A DNA stretch of 64,000 nucleotides. Origin: Candidatus Poribacteria bacterium (GTDB lineage: Bacteria; Poribacteria; WGA-4E; WGA-3G). Numbering within the stretch: position 1 is the stretch's first letter; the number at the start of each line of letters is the position of its first letter. The stretch spans positions 27,209-91,208 of the forward strand of contig JAJEIP010000019.1 in assembly GCA_022827885.1 (NCBI GenBank), given 5' to 3'. A program made the position numbers and the translations under genes. Under the pieces are notes generated by a model, which was not told the DNA's origin, did no database searches, and worked only from the letters and a program-made list of their open reading frames with translations. Positions 36,441 to 46,630 of the stretch are shown one piece after another.

Positions 36441-38135
36441 CTAATTTTCTGAAATAACAAGCATCTGATTTGTTTCTACGTTCTGTAAGGTTTGGGTTTT
36501 GCCACAAAGCCACCGCACTGTCAGTGTATCAACCGACATCGCATCACCAAATCCGAAATGTAAACGGAGGTCGTTCTGACTGAGGTAACCTGAACCGCTT
36601 TTGACCTCACGCATCTGCGTCAATCCCCCGGAAACAACGGTCACACGTGCTCCAATCGCATCTCGATTGCAATGGGTTCCGATGAGTTTGATACCCAGCC
36701 ACTGCGACGCGTTGTCGCTGTCGTTCCGTAAAACGGTCGGTGCGTCTTTGAGGTTGGAGACAACAATATCAATATCGCCGTCGTTATCTATATCACCGAA
36801 GGCAGTCCCTCGACTCACTTTTTGCTGTGCTATCGCTGGGTCGGGATTTTCGGAAAAACGGATACCCTGATCGTTCAGGAAAAGTTGATTCGGCTGTGCG
36901 TAGATGCCAATCGGATCGATCTCTGCGATATTGTCATCCAGGTGACCATTGGCAATAAACAGGTCCAACCAGCCGTCATTGTTAACATCAATAAAATCGA
37001 CCCCCCACGCCAAATACGGAAGACTCCTCTCACCGATCCCTTTGACGAAACTCATCTCGGTAAAGAATCCGCTCTGGGCATTGTGATAGAGACTATTCGT
37101 CTGATCCTGAAAATTCGTAATCACGATATCGAGATAGCCGTCGTTATCGAAATCACCGAGATTCGCGCCCATCCCGCTATAGGCACGTCCCTCCTCGCTG
37201 AGCGCAACGCCTGCGAAAAGCGCATCTTCCGTCATCTCAACACCCTTCCGTTCATTGCGATAGAGGAAATTCGGGGTGGTATCGTTCGCAACGAAAATAT
37301 CAACATCCCCATCGTTATCCACATCACCGCAGACAACACCCAATCCCTTTCCGTTTACTGTGCCGATCCCTATGCGCTCCGAGACATCCGTGAAGGTGCC
37401 ATCACTGTTGTTCCGATAGAATACATCGGCGACACCGGGTAACGCCTCTGGCGTGCAATACGTTGGAATCCCCAATCGAGCACATTCTGGGTTCGTCTCT
37501 GGGTCGAATTGAATATAGTTGACGACATAAAGATCCAGATACCCATCGGCATTAACGTCTACAAACGCACATCCACTACTGAACTGATCGCCGGCAACAC
37601 CCGCAGTGGCAGTAACATCCGTAAAAGTGCCGTCCCCATTGTTGTGATACAGCACATTCGGACCGTAGTTCGTCACATAGAGATCCGTGAAACCGTCGTT
37701 GTTGTAATCACCGACGCAGCACCCCAACCCGTAGCCCGTATCACCGACAGAAGCCTCGTCCGTTATATCGATAAAAGTGCCACCCTCGTTGCGGTAGAAA
37801 CGGTTTGTTGGAGGAATAGACGAGGTCATCCCTGGTAAATCGCTACCGTTGACGAAATAGAGATCCACATCCCCGTCATTGTCGTAATCGAAGAGAGCAA
37901 CGCCGCTGCCGATCGGCTCAATAAAGTACTTCTTGCCACTCTCACCATTTACATGCCGAAATTCAATACCGAGTTCGGCAGTTACATCGGTAAAACGGAC
38001 ACCTTGATTTTGTGAGGAATTGGGTTGTGCAAGTAAAGATTTTAGCACGAGATGTAAGAGAAAGAGGATAAGTAAGGGCTGGGTTGCCCAGCCCTTACAA
38101 CGGAGTGTGGGTCCCGTCAATTTTTTGTAACGCAT
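36441..38135 (-). CDS. FG-GAP/VCBS repeat protein with C-terminal ASPIC/UnbV domain (CRTAC1-like)
   Basis: 564 aa with a signal peptide. Repeated DxDxDGxxD calcium-binding FG-GAP units (DYDNDGDVDLY, DYNNDGFTDLY, DVDNDGDVDIF, DFDNDGYLDIV, DIDNDGDIDIV). C-terminal GSGYLSQND motif. Confidence 0.85.
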   Translation of the reverse strand: MRYKKLTGPTLRCKGWATQPLLILFLLHLVLKSLLAQPNSSQNQGVRFTDVTAELGIEFRHVNGESGKKYFIEPIGSGVALFDYDNDGDVDLYFVNGSDLPGMTSSIPPTNRFYRNEGGTFIDITDEASVGDTGYGLGCCVGDYNNDGFTDLYVTNYGPNVLYHNNGDGTFTDVTATAGVAGDQFSSGCAFVDVNADGYLDLYVVNYIQFDPETNPECARLGIPTYCTPEALPGVADVFYRNNSDGTFTDVSERIGIGTVNGKGLGVVCGDVDNDGDVDIFVANDTTPNFLYRNERKGVEMTEDALFAGVALSEEGRAYSGMGANLGDFDNDGYLDIVITNFQDQTNSLYHNAQSGFFTEMSFVKGIGERSLPYLAWGVDFIDVNNDGWLDLFIANGHLDDNIAEIDPIGIYAQPNQLFLNDQGIRFSENPDPAIAQQKVSRGTAFGDIDNDGDIDIVVSNLKDAPTVLRNDSDNASQWLGIKLIGTHCNRDAIGARVTVVSGGLTQMREVKSGSGYLSQNDLRLHFGFGDAMSVDTLTVRWLCGKTQTLQNVETNQMLVISEN

Positions 38136-38157
38136 AGTTCGTGTATATGGTATAATG

Positions 38158-38192
38158 GTTATCAGTTTTCAGTTATCAGTTTTCAGTTAAGA
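38158..38192. repeat. Heptamer tandem array (GTTATCA GTTTTCA GTTATCA GTTTTCA GTTAAGA)
   Basis: Five 7-nt units in the divergent intergenic region. In the sense of the minus-strand FG-GAP gene they read ACTGATA/ACTGAAA and lie 23-57 nt upstream of its ATG. They also sit directly downstream of a plus-strand TGGTATAAT -10 element (38148-38156). Confidence 0.85.
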
Positions 38193-38303
38193 GGTATTCT
38201 TGTAACAACTTACCTATCTTTGGAGTCCTCCAAGTGCAGGGGTATTGTCATAAAAACGGGAATCTTCTAACCGTTACTGACGACTATAAAAGGAGAATTT
38301 CTA

Positions 38304-39275
38304 ATGGCTAATACTCTACGTTTCGGTGTTGTCGGTTTAGGTATGGGCATGAACCGCTCCCGTATGATTCACGAGACAGACGGTGCGGAACTCGTTGCCG
38401 TGGCGGATCTCGTTGAAGAACGGCGCACGTCGGCTGAAGAAAACTTCGGCTGCGAAAGCCACGACGATGCGCTTGAGATGTTCGATCGCGACGATATTGA
38501 CGTGGCAATGATTATGACACCGAGCGGTCTCCACGGTAAATTTGGAGAAGAAGCCGCACGCCGCGGTAAACACGTCATCACCACAAAACCGATGGATGTC
38601 AGCGTCGAAAATTGCAACTCTCTCATTAAAACATGTGAAGACAACGATGTCAAACTGCTTGTCGACTTCGGTGAACGATACGGCACACATAACCGTCAGA
38701 TTCAGCAGGTTCTCGCAACGGGTGCTCTCGGTAGACCGCTCCTCTGCGAACTCCGCATGAAGTGGAAACGCCCGGATAGCTACTACATCGGTTGGCACGG
38801 CACATGGGAACTCGACGGTGGCGGTTCTATCATGAACCAAGGCGTGCATTACATCGATTTGATGCTCTGGTTCATGGGTCCCGTCAAACGTATTATCGGT
38901 GCGCACTTCGATGTCTACGATCACGAAAATTGTGAAACCGAGGACATGACCTCGGCGATTCTTGAATTTGAAAATGGCGCGCTCGGACACGTGCTGACGA
39001 CGACGACCTTCCCGGGAAGCAGCGTCTCAATGATCCACGTCCACGGCGAAAAAGGCATCGTCGGTCTCGGACCGGAGATTTGGGAGTTTGTCGATGATGA
39101 CGAACCCGAAATCGAACTGCCGCCGTATCCGGCCAACGTCATCGAGGATGCGATCCAAGTGATCAACGATGGTGGGGCACCCGCAGTCGACGGCTATGAA
39201 GGCAGACGTTCTGTCGCTCTTAACATGGCTATCTACGAATGTGCCCGGACCGGCAAAACGGTTGAACTATCATAG
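38304..39275 (+). CDS. Gfo/Idh/MocA family oxidoreductase
   Basis: 323 aa. N-terminal Rossmann motif (LRFGVVGLGMG) and the EKP-like motif TTKPM. Confidence 0.8.
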   Translation: MANTLRFGVVGLGMGMNRSRMIHETDGAELVAVADLVEERRTSAEENFGCESHDDALEMFDRDDIDVAMIMTPSGLHGKFGEEAARRGKHVITTKPMDVSVENCNSLIKTCEDNDVKLLVDFGERYGTHNRQIQQVLATGALGRPLLCELRMKWKRPDSYYIGWHGTWELDGGGSIMNQGVHYIDLMLWFMGPVKRIIGAHFDVYDHENCETEDMTSAILEFENGALGHVLTTTTFPGSSVSMIHVHGEKGIVGLGPEIWEFVDDDEPEIELPPYPANVIEDAIQVINDGGAPAVDGYEGRRSVALNMAIYECARTGKTVELS

Positions 39276-39287
39276 ACACCCTTCCGA

Positions 39288-39314
39288 GGCGGGTCTCGAT
39301 GCCCGCCTATTTTC
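39288..39314 (+). terminator. Terminator hairpin (GGCGGGT-ctcgat-GCCCGCC followed by TATTTTCC)
   Basis: 7-bp GC stem (one G-U pair) 13 nt after the stop codon, with a T-rich tail. Confidence 0.55.
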
Positions 39315-39585
39315 CAGTTATCCCTTTTCATAAAAGTATAAAGTTGGGTTTCGCTATGCTCCTGATGTCGTCAGATGGTGTCTGGCATTGAGAAGTGTTT
39401 ACGGTGTTACCACTACCTTTCTCTATTTCGCTCTACCCAACCTACGGCACTACATACGAAATTGACGCTTATAGTGCGGTTAGAATGCAGATCGCATGAA
39501 TCAACGGTATGAATGTCTCCGTGTGGCATTCACCGGGGCGATTACGCCGCAAAACCGCACCTACCTTTTTGTAAAACTATCTCAT

Positions 39586-39614
39586 TTGCAATTCGGGCAA
39601 AAATTCGGTATAAT
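39586..39614 (+). promoter_or_regulatory. Sigma70-like promoter, TTGCAA-N17-TATAAT
   Basis: Near-consensus hexamers 86 nt upstream of the mtaB ATG. Confidence 0.65.
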
Positions 39615-39699
39615 ATTTACTTGGAAAACGGAAACCTCGCCAGCGAGCGTGTGCGAAACGAAATTGGACTCTCCCCAACAAACTGGATAAAAAAGACGC

Positions 39700-41073
39700 A
39701 TGAGAACCGCAAAACTGATGACGATGGGCTGTAAGGTTAATCAATACGATACGCAATCCATGCGCGAGACCCTTCGACGCAATGGATATACGATTATTGA
39801 TAATGAGACCTCCCAACAACAGACCGACCTCTACCTCATCAACACATGCACCGTAACAAACACCGCCGATCAAAAAGCACGGCAAGTCATTCGGAGAGCG
39901 ATTCGCAAGCACCCGAACGCAAAAGTGCTCGTTACAGGTTGCTACGCGGAAAGCGACCGTGAGGCGATTGAAGAGATACCGGGTGTAACGTTCGTTTTCG
40001 GCAACAGAGAAAAAGCGGATTTTCAGCAATACCTTGACGTCCTACATACCGAAACATCATCTGAGGCGCAGTTAGAAGCCTCGCCAGCAGCGGCACTCCA
40101 CACGTCCAATCCGCTCCTTGCGATAGAACCCGTCCAGCACGATGCGATTCGCGAACACGCACGCTTTAGCAAAGGTGTGAGCGACGCTGGCAAACGCACG
40201 CGTGCGCTTATCAAGGTGCAAGACGGCTGCAGTGCTTTCTGTACCTACTGCATTATCCCATACGTGCGCGGTAGAATGACGAGCCGTCCCCTCAATGACA
40301 TCGCCAATGAAGCCCGTCGCATCGCTGACAGCGGTATTAAAGAGATCGTCATTACCGGCGTGCATCTCGGTGCTTACGGCGTGGACACCGGTAGAGAAAA
40401 AGACATCGCCGACATTTTAGAATATATCCACGACATCGAAGGCATTGAACGTATCCGTTTCAGCTCGATTGAACCGATGTATTTCCCAGATTCCCTCGGC
40501 GAGCGGATGGCAGCACTCCCAAAATGCATGCCGCACTTCCATCTCCCACTCCAAGCAGGCTCAGATGAGGTATTGCGACAGATGCGTCGGCGTTACACCA
40601 CAGTAGAATTCGCACATCTCGTTGAGAACTTACGCCGCGTCTTTGGCGATGATATCGGGATTACCACCGATATTATGGTCGGGTTTCCCGGCGAAACGGA
40701 TGCTCACTTTGAGGCATCCTGCCAATTCGTTGAGGACATCGGATTCAGTCAATTGCATGTATTCCGTTATTCCCCCCGAAAAGGTACGCCTGCGGCGACC
40801 TATCCAGATCAGGTGTCCCCACACGTCTCAGCAGCACGCAGCCAAGCGATGATCGGGCTTGGTGAACGCTTGAACACGGCATTTCGACAACGGATGCTCG
40901 GTAAGCAGAAAGAGGTGCTCATCGAAGCGAGCAGAGAAGGGAAAAACAATCGTCTTGCTGGCTTTACTGACAACTATCTCCGTGTTCTTGTGGATGCCCC
41001 CGAGAGTGCAATCAATCAGATTCAGCGTGTTACGCTGGGTGCGTTAGAAGGGGACTGCATCGCTGCCGCTTGA
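39700..41073 (+). CDS. mtaB: tRNA t6A37 methylthiotransferase (MiaB-like, MtaB)
   Basis: N-terminal UPF0004 Cys triad (GCKVNQYD ... NTCTVT ... TGCYA), radical SAM CSAFCTYC, and a C-terminal TRAM-like region. Confidence 0.85.
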   Translation: MRTAKLMTMGCKVNQYDTQSMRETLRRNGYTIIDNETSQQQTDLYLINTCTVTNTADQKARQVIRRAIRKHPNAKVLVTGCYAESDREAIEEIPGVTFVFGNREKADFQQYLDVLHTETSSEAQLEASPAAALHTSNPLLAIEPVQHDAIREHARFSKGVSDAGKRTRALIKVQDGCSAFCTYCIIPYVRGRMTSRPLNDIANEARRIADSGIKEIVITGVHLGAYGVDTGREKDIADILEYIHDIEGIERIRFSSIEPMYFPDSLGERMAALPKCMPHFHLPLQAGSDEVLRQMRRRYTTVEFAHLVENLRRVFGDDIGITTDIMVGFPGETDAHFEASCQFVEDIGFSQLHVFRYSPRKGTPAATYPDQVSPHVSAARSQAMIGLGERLNTAFRQRMLGKQKEVLIEASREGKNNRLAGFTDNYLRVLVDAPESAINQIQRVTLGALEGDCIAAA

Positions 41074-41075
41074 CC

Positions 41076-43763
41076 CTAAGACTCCTCCGCCTTCGCCTTT
41101 AAATCGTAGAGAATATTCACTGCATCCAAGGGGGTTACCTGCGTGAGCTCCAACCGTCGGATCTCTTCGACGAGGGGATGCGTTTTCGGTGTAAAGAGTG
41201 CCATCTGTAGGGAATCGCTTTGTATTGTCTTTCGGGAGACACGGCGACGCGGTTTCGGCAGTGTCGGGTGTGATTTCGGGGGTTGACCCGTCGCACCATC
41301 CGCTTCAACACTGAGATTGTGCTGTTCAAGCACTTCAAGTATCTGTTGTGCACGGGTAATCACGACCTGGGGGAGTCCTGCGAGCCGTGCGACGTGGATA
41401 CCGTAACTTTGGTCTGCACCCCCTGGGACAACTTTTCGGAGGAAGGTCACCTTCTGTCCATCTTCATGAACGGCGACATTGTAGTTCTTGGCACGCTTAT
41501 ATTTGCTGGCGAGTTCCACCAACTCGTGATAGTGCGTTGCGAAGAGCGTTTTCGCCCCCATCCGCTTCTCATCTAAGAGATACTCCGAAACTGCCCACGC
41601 GATGCTGAGTCCATCAAACGTACTGGTGCCGCGTCCGACTTCATCAAAGATGACGAGGCTGTTGCGGGTGGCATTGTTGAGAATATTCGCTGTTTCGTTC
41701 ATCTCAACGAGGAAGGTGCTCTGTCCCATGACAAGGTTGTCCGAGGCACCAACCCGTGTGAAAATCCGGTCTACCAAACCGATCTTCGCAGCGGCGGCAG
41801 GCACGAAACACCCGATCTGTGCCATCAGAACGATGAGTGCCGTCTGACGCAGATACGTGCTTTTGCCGCTCATGTTCGGTCCTGTGATGATATGTAATTG
41901 CTCATCATCGCAGTTGAGGACCGTATCGTTGGGCACGAACCCTTCTTGGGTGAACAGCTGCTCGACAACCGGGTGTCTCCCATCACGGATAACGATTTCG
42001 TCCACCGCCGCGACGGTAGGCTTCACATAGTTGTATTTCGATGCGATATACGCGAAGTTGGCAAGCACATCCGTCATGGCGAGTGCCGCCCCTATTTTCT
42101 GTATGACTTCCGTCCATTTCGACACATCCTCGCGAATCTGACAGAAGAGCTCATATTCCAGGGTCTGTATCCGATCCTCGGCGTTGAGGACCTTTGCCTC
42201 TTGTTCCTTGAGTTCAGGGGTAATGAACCGTTCGGAGTTCCGAAGCGTCTGTTTACGGATATAATGCTCAGGCACCATGTGCAGATTCGGTTTCGTCACG
42301 TCGATGTAGTAGCCGAAGACCTGATTAAATCCGATCTTCAAGGATTGGATACCGCTGCGTTTACGCTCCTCCTCCTGCATAGCGGCTATCCAGTCCTTTC
42401 CCTGTCCTACAATCTGCCGCAGTTCATCGAGTTCCTCACTATAACCGTCGTTTATGATGCCGCCTTCACGGATTGTCGCGGGTGGGTTTGGATGGATGCC
42501 GTGTTCAATCAACGCAACTAACTCTGGCAGCGGGTCCAAAGTATCATTGAGGGATACCAACAAGGCACTACTGCAGTTTTGGAGCTGCACCTTAACATCG
42601 GGAATCAGCCGAAGGGAATCCTTGAGTGAATGTAGGTCGCGCCCGTTCACAGAGCCGAGACTGATACGTGAAATGAGGCGTTCAATATCATACATCTGTC
42701 CAAGGGCATCCCGCAATTCCTCCTGCAAGTTAATCTGGGTTTTGAGTTCATCGACTGCACTGAGGCGTTCCGTAATCCTTTTTTCATCGAGCAGGGGTTG
42801 TAAGAGGCACTGACGCATCCGCCTACCCCCCATCGCTGTCACCGTCTCATCAAGGACTTCAAGGAGCGTGCCTTTCGTGGAACCGTCGCGAATGGAGGCT
42901 GTCAGTTCGAGGTTGCGTTGTGTATCGGCATCCAGCACCATGAAATCCGAGAGTGTATAGGTATGAAGCGAAACGATGTGTTCAACTTCCTGTTTCTGTG
43001 TTTCGTTCAGGTAATAGATGAGCGCACCGGCGGCAGAGATAGCGGTGGGAAGGTGTTCACATCCGAATCCGTCGAGCGAAATCGTTTGGAAATGTTCCAA
43101 GAGTTCCGTCCGCGCCGTATCCAAGTCAAACCGCCAATCGGGGAGTTCATTGAGTGTCACCTTGAGTTCGGTTTTGAGACGATCAAACATCTCGGCGTCC
43201 TCAAAGGTATCGGCAAAGAGGCACTCTTTCGGGGAAAAACGGTGGATCTCCGCCCAGAGGCGTGAAGGGTCTGTCAACTCGGTTACCCTAAATTCGCCGG
43301 TAGAGAGATCTGCGACAGCGACCCCGTAAGTGCCTTTATTGAGATACATCGAAAGGATGTAATTGTTCTCTTTATGCTCCAGCACCTTTGGGTCGGTTAC
43401 AGTGCCAGGTGTAACGATCCGGACGACATCGCGTTTGACGAGCCGATTTTCGTCTCGTGCGAGTTTTGCGTCCTCGGTCTGCTCCAAGATGGCAACTTTA
43501 TGTCCGGCTTTGACGAGTTTGTAGAGATAGGAGTCGAGTGCGTGATGTGGGATACCTGCCATCGGTGGCGGTGGGGACTTCTGGTTTTTATGACTTCTCG
43601 CTGTCAAGGCGATCTCAAGCAGGCGGGCAATGAGTTCAGCGTCTTCAAAGAAGGCTTCATAGAAATCACCGACTCGACACAGGAGTATGGCATCTCCGTG
43701 CTGTTTTTTTACGTGTTTATAGAGTTCCATTAATGACAGATCGGAGGGTTTTGAACGTGGCAT
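41076..43763 (-). CDS. mutS: DNA mismatch repair protein MutS
   Basis: 895 aa. N-terminal LLCRVGDFYEAFFEDA mismatch-binding motif, Walker A GPNMSGKST, DEVGRGTST and TLFATHYHEL. Confidence 0.97.
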   Translation of the reverse strand: MPRSKPSDLSLMELYKHVKKQHGDAILLCRVGDFYEAFFEDAELIARLLEIALTARSHKNQKSPPPPMAGIPHHALDSYLYKLVKAGHKVAILEQTEDAKLARDENRLVKRDVVRIVTPGTVTDPKVLEHKENNYILSMYLNKGTYGVAVADLSTGEFRVTELTDPSRLWAEIHRFSPKECLFADTFEDAEMFDRLKTELKVTLNELPDWRFDLDTARTELLEHFQTISLDGFGCEHLPTAISAAGALIYYLNETQKQEVEHIVSLHTYTLSDFMVLDADTQRNLELTASIRDGSTKGTLLEVLDETVTAMGGRRMRQCLLQPLLDEKRITERLSAVDELKTQINLQEELRDALGQMYDIERLISRISLGSVNGRDLHSLKDSLRLIPDVKVQLQNCSSALLVSLNDTLDPLPELVALIEHGIHPNPPATIREGGIINDGYSEELDELRQIVGQGKDWIAAMQEEERKRSGIQSLKIGFNQVFGYYIDVTKPNLHMVPEHYIRKQTLRNSERFITPELKEQEAKVLNAEDRIQTLEYELFCQIREDVSKWTEVIQKIGAALAMTDVLANFAYIASKYNYVKPTVAAVDEIVIRDGRHPVVEQLFTQEGFVPNDTVLNCDDEQLHIITGPNMSGKSTYLRQTALIVLMAQIGCFVPAAAAKIGLVDRIFTRVGASDNLVMGQSTFLVEMNETANILNNATRNSLVIFDEVGRGTSTFDGLSIAWAVSEYLLDEKRMGAKTLFATHYHELVELASKYKRAKNYNVAVHEDGQKVTFLRKVVPGGADQSYGIHVARLAGLPQVVITRAQQILEVLEQHNLSVEADGATGQPPKSHPTLPKPRRRVSRKTIQSDSLQMALFTPKTHPLVEEIRRLELTQVTPLDAVNILYDLKAKAEES

Positions 43764-43853
43764 ATCGTTTCCTTGTTTATAGGCTGTTTTTTGGGCGAAG
43801 GGTCAATTTTTAATACCGTAGCACATTTTGGGTTTTATGTCAAATCATTTATA

Positions 43854-43867
43854 GTTATCAGTTGTCA
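43854..43867 (-). repeat. Two heptamer units (GTTATCA GTTGTCA) upstream of mutS
   Basis: In the mutS sense these read TGACAAC TGATAAC, about 90 nt upstream of the start. Confidence 0.5.
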
Positions 43868-44163
43868 GAAGAGGCTGGAAGATCGCGTCCATAATTGATA
43901 GGAAGATATATTTACAGTATCCTCAAGGGAAATGCGGCGCGTTTCACAGTTTTCATAGCAAACGGGAAAATTGGTGAATTTTAGGAAGGGGCGTAAATCT
44001 ATGCTATGGCTGGGTTTTATGCGGTTTTCGCAGTGAGTTACTATGAAGCTGCTATGAAGTTTGCTATGAAAATTAGTCAACAGTCGGGATTCAGAGATCC
44101 CTCCACAAGGATTATTGACAGTCGGTAGTTTTTAGGGGACGGGATGATCGGTTAGGAAAGACG

Positions 44164-44190
44164 GGTGCGGTTACAAACCGCACCTACCGG
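44164..44190 (+). repeat. REP-like hairpin (GGTGCGGTT-aca-AACCGCACC followed by TACCGG)
   Basis: 9-bp stem, 3-nt loop, CTAC at the 3' boundary. Near-identical to 46771-46797. Confidence 0.85.
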
Positions 44191-44237
44191 TTTTGCTAAA
44201 ATTTCAGATACATTCATCAGATACATTCAGAGGAAGA

Positions 44238-44858
44238 CTATTGCATGGATGAGAAAGGAGCAGGTAGCAGCAGTTTGCTCTCCTGCGTGATGGGTCTGAC
44301 GGAGCCTTTGGGGGGCCAGACACCTGTCTCTCGCGTCTCTGCTCGGATGCGTTGGCGTTCCTCGAAACTCCTATATGCCCAGAGATGGATGAAATTGTTG
44401 ATCCCACCGTATTCTGAGTACCAACAGCCTGCCAACGATGAATACTTCACACGCTCAGGGATCGCTGCACCCCACGCTTCTAAGACTTGTGGCATGCCCT
44501 CGGCGGGATAGGTGTACAAACGCATTTCATATATCGGTCCGAGATCTTTGTCGCCTAAAGGTTCCATAAAAGGGGCCGGCAAGAAAATCTCGGATACCAT
44601 GGATACGATGAGATCGCTTGTATCGGGGGGCCATATCGGGTTGGGTCCGGCTTCTGCGGCGCGTCGAATCTCTGCCCGTTGTTCAAGGCTCTCGTAGGGC
44701 CATACAGCGACCATCTGGTTTAACGGTCCGACTTCGGTGTACCAGTGTCCACCGAGTTTTGAGAGTTCTTGACGTGCGGGTAACTTTTCGCCGAAGCGTT
44801 CCCAGTATTCGTTCAGTTGTCCGAGTTTTAGGTTGTAGGTTCTTATTTCATAGATCAT
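44238..44858 (-). CDS. NIPSNAP family protein (two NIPSNAP domains)
   Basis: 206 aa. MIYEIRTYNLKLG and YEMRLYTY repeat starts are typical of NIPSNAP. Confidence 0.75.
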   Translation of the reverse strand: MIYEIRTYNLKLGQLNEYWERFGEKLPARQELSKLGGHWYTEVGPLNQMVAVWPYESLEQRAEIRRAAEAGPNPIWPPDTSDLIVSMVSEIFLPAPFMEPLGDKDLGPIYEMRLYTYPAEGMPQVLEAWGAAIPERVKYSSLAGCWYSEYGGINNFIHLWAYRSFEERQRIRAETRETGVWPPKGSVRPITQESKLLLPAPFSSMQ

Positions 44859-44882
44859 GCTGTTCCTCCCGCGTTTTAAGAA

Positions 44883-45377
44883 TTACGAGTCTATAATCGA
44901 ACGAATGTCGTCTTCACAGATAAAATCAATTGTGACACCGTTTTGACGGAGTGCGTCTCGGGCGTTCCACCATTCACTATCTACGGCCTGCAGAATAGGA
45001 GGCTTTTCGGAATGTGTAAGTGCGACGGCGATAAATTTGCGATCTGCTGGATCGAAACCCTTTAGTGCCGGGTCGGTTGGAAACTCGCGGAAGTCATTTT
45101 CCGAACCATCAGTAGGTATAATGGAAACGAAGTCACACTGCGTATCTTTGTTTGTCAGGAGCCATGCGAGAAATCTATCGCCAACATCCGAACCGCGAGA
45201 ATGAAGATTCCGCATATATTCACCAAGAATTCTCCATTCATCGTCAAGAACTAACTTCATTTCGCCAGACATGATTTGTTGAAGTTTTTCAGCACAAGTG
45301 AGAACACAACCTGCGGAGGCTTGTTGAGATCTGCCGTTGGCGACTACAGCGACATTCGTATCTACGACAACAGTCAC
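44883..45377 (-). CDS. PIN-like nuclease domain protein (candidate effector)
   Basis: 164 aa. VVVDTNVAVVANG N-terminus, then the DDEW, DPADRKFIAVAL and AVDSEW acidic positions in PIN order. 4-bp overlap with the upstream ATPase gene. Confidence 0.6.
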   Translation of the reverse strand: MTVVVDTNVAVVANGRSQQASAGCVLTCAEKLQQIMSGEMKLVLDDEWRILGEYMRNLHSRGSDVGDRFLAWLLTNKDTQCDFVSIIPTDGSENDFREFPTDPALKGFDPADRKFIAVALTHSEKPPILQAVDSEWWNARDALRQNGVTIDFICEDDIRSIIDS

Positions 45378-46630
45378 AAACCTTGCTCCTTCTTGCGCTT
45401 CATCTCGGCTTTTGTCTTCCCAACCAAATCACCCGTTGCATCCCCGAAGAAGTTTTGTGGCCAATTCGTGATGTTTCCGTAATCGTCTACGTCGAGCCTC
45501 TCGATTTCGGATACCCCTTCGTTCATTTCGCAAAAATAGAAGGCGGTGTCGTCTGCGGAAATTTTTTCCTCAGCGATCCGCCGCATTAACCGTATGAGTA
45601 GATGCTCGCTATGGCTCTCAAGAATAATTTGGAGTCGCCGATTTTTTACGACCTCAATGAGAAGATCTGCCAATTCTGATTGGACTTTCGGATGGAGGTG
45701 TGCTTCAGGTTGTTCAAGGATGAGGATACTGCCCTCAGAGACGTAATAACAGAGCACTAATACCGGTAGGACCTGCGAAACCCCGAAGCCGACATCGGTG
45801 AGTCGGACTTCGGGACCGCCCTTGTACTTTCGGACGAGAAACTCATAATCTTTTTCTCTGTCGGAGATAGGGTTGAGGCGATAAGAATCGATTAAATCTA
45901 ACCGCTGCAGCCATTCCATTACCTGTTTATCAATATCTTGAAGTTTTACTCTCTTTGAAAGGATGGCAGAAATCATCTCTTCTCCGCGCTGTCCGGTATC
46001 TTTCGGATGGTTGCCCTGCCATGCGTAACGCGAATAGGGGGATTCACGAAATGAACCGAGGTAGCAAATTCGGTGGAATAGATTCTCAAAGGCATCTTTA
46101 AGAGACTTGAAAGATTCCAAAGGGCCAAAGGGATTAGCAACACCATAGCATCGAAACAATTCTGCCCTTTCCCAATAAGATCTTAATTTGTATTTATATC
46201 CTGACAATTCCCACTCTATCTTAAATTCATGCTCACCACTTGCATAACAAAAATTATCCAAGTTCACCGAATGCTCATATTTTTTAACAACGGACATTGA
46301 GAAGGAAAGGGAATCGGTTTCAATCGGACCTAAATTTTGTCTTTCAGGCAGCTTCCATGATACAGCAACACCAAGACTCAAATCCAAGTTGTGTTGGTGA
46401 ACGGTCTCATCAAAGCCTCCCAAGTTAACAAGTGAATTATCATCACCGAAATCAATCACACCGTTCCAATTGGATGGACGCTCCACGGTCTGCTTCAGCA
46501 TGAGCAACGTTTGCAGAACGCTGGTTTTGCCGGAACTGTTCGCGCCGAAGAAACCAGTTAACGGGGCTATCTGCAATTTAGGCATATCTTTCCACGATTT
46601 GAAATTTTGCGCACTGAGTTCGGTGATCAT
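45374..46630 (-). CDS. OLD/ABC-type (AAA_15/AAA_21-like) ATPase with DUF3696-like C-terminal tail
   Basis: ATG at 46630 after GAGGT. Walker A GANSSGKTS, Walker B-like ILILEQPEAHLHP, H-loop ESHSEHL and a C-terminal NWPQNFFGD. The DNA is visibly AT-rich relative to its neighbours. Confidence 0.75.
   Translation of the reverse strand: MITELSAQNFKSWKDMPKLQIAPLTGFFGANSSGKTSVLQTLLMLKQTVERPSNWNGVIDFGDDNSLVNLGGFDETVHQHNLDLSLGVAVSWKLPERQNLGPIETDSLSFSMSVVKKYEHSVNLDNFCYASGEHEFKIEWELSGYKYKLRSYWERAELFRCYGVANPFGPLESFKSLKDAFENLFHRICYLGSFRESPYSRYAWQGNHPKDTGQRGEEMISAILSKRVKLQDIDKQVMEWLQRLDLIDSYRLNPISDREKDYEFLVRKYKGGPEVRLTDVGFGVSQVLPVLVLCYYVSEGSILILEQPEAHLHPKVQSELADLLIEVVKNRRLQIILESHSEHLLIRLMRRIAEEKISADDTAFYFCEMNEGVSEIERLDVDDYGNITNWPQNFFGDATGDLVGKTKAEMKRKKEQGL

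Noticed and set aside
38158-38192. Heptamer arrays as a CRISPR array or minisatellite-encoded peptide.
   Set aside because: The period is 7 nt with no spacers, the arrays are at most 35 nt long, they are intergenic, and no cas genes are present. They are not CRISPR and not coding.
43865-44080. 71-aa minus-strand ORF upstream of mutS.
   Set aside because: It is low-complexity, made partly of the gctatgaag tandem repeats, with no RBS. It is likely non-coding.
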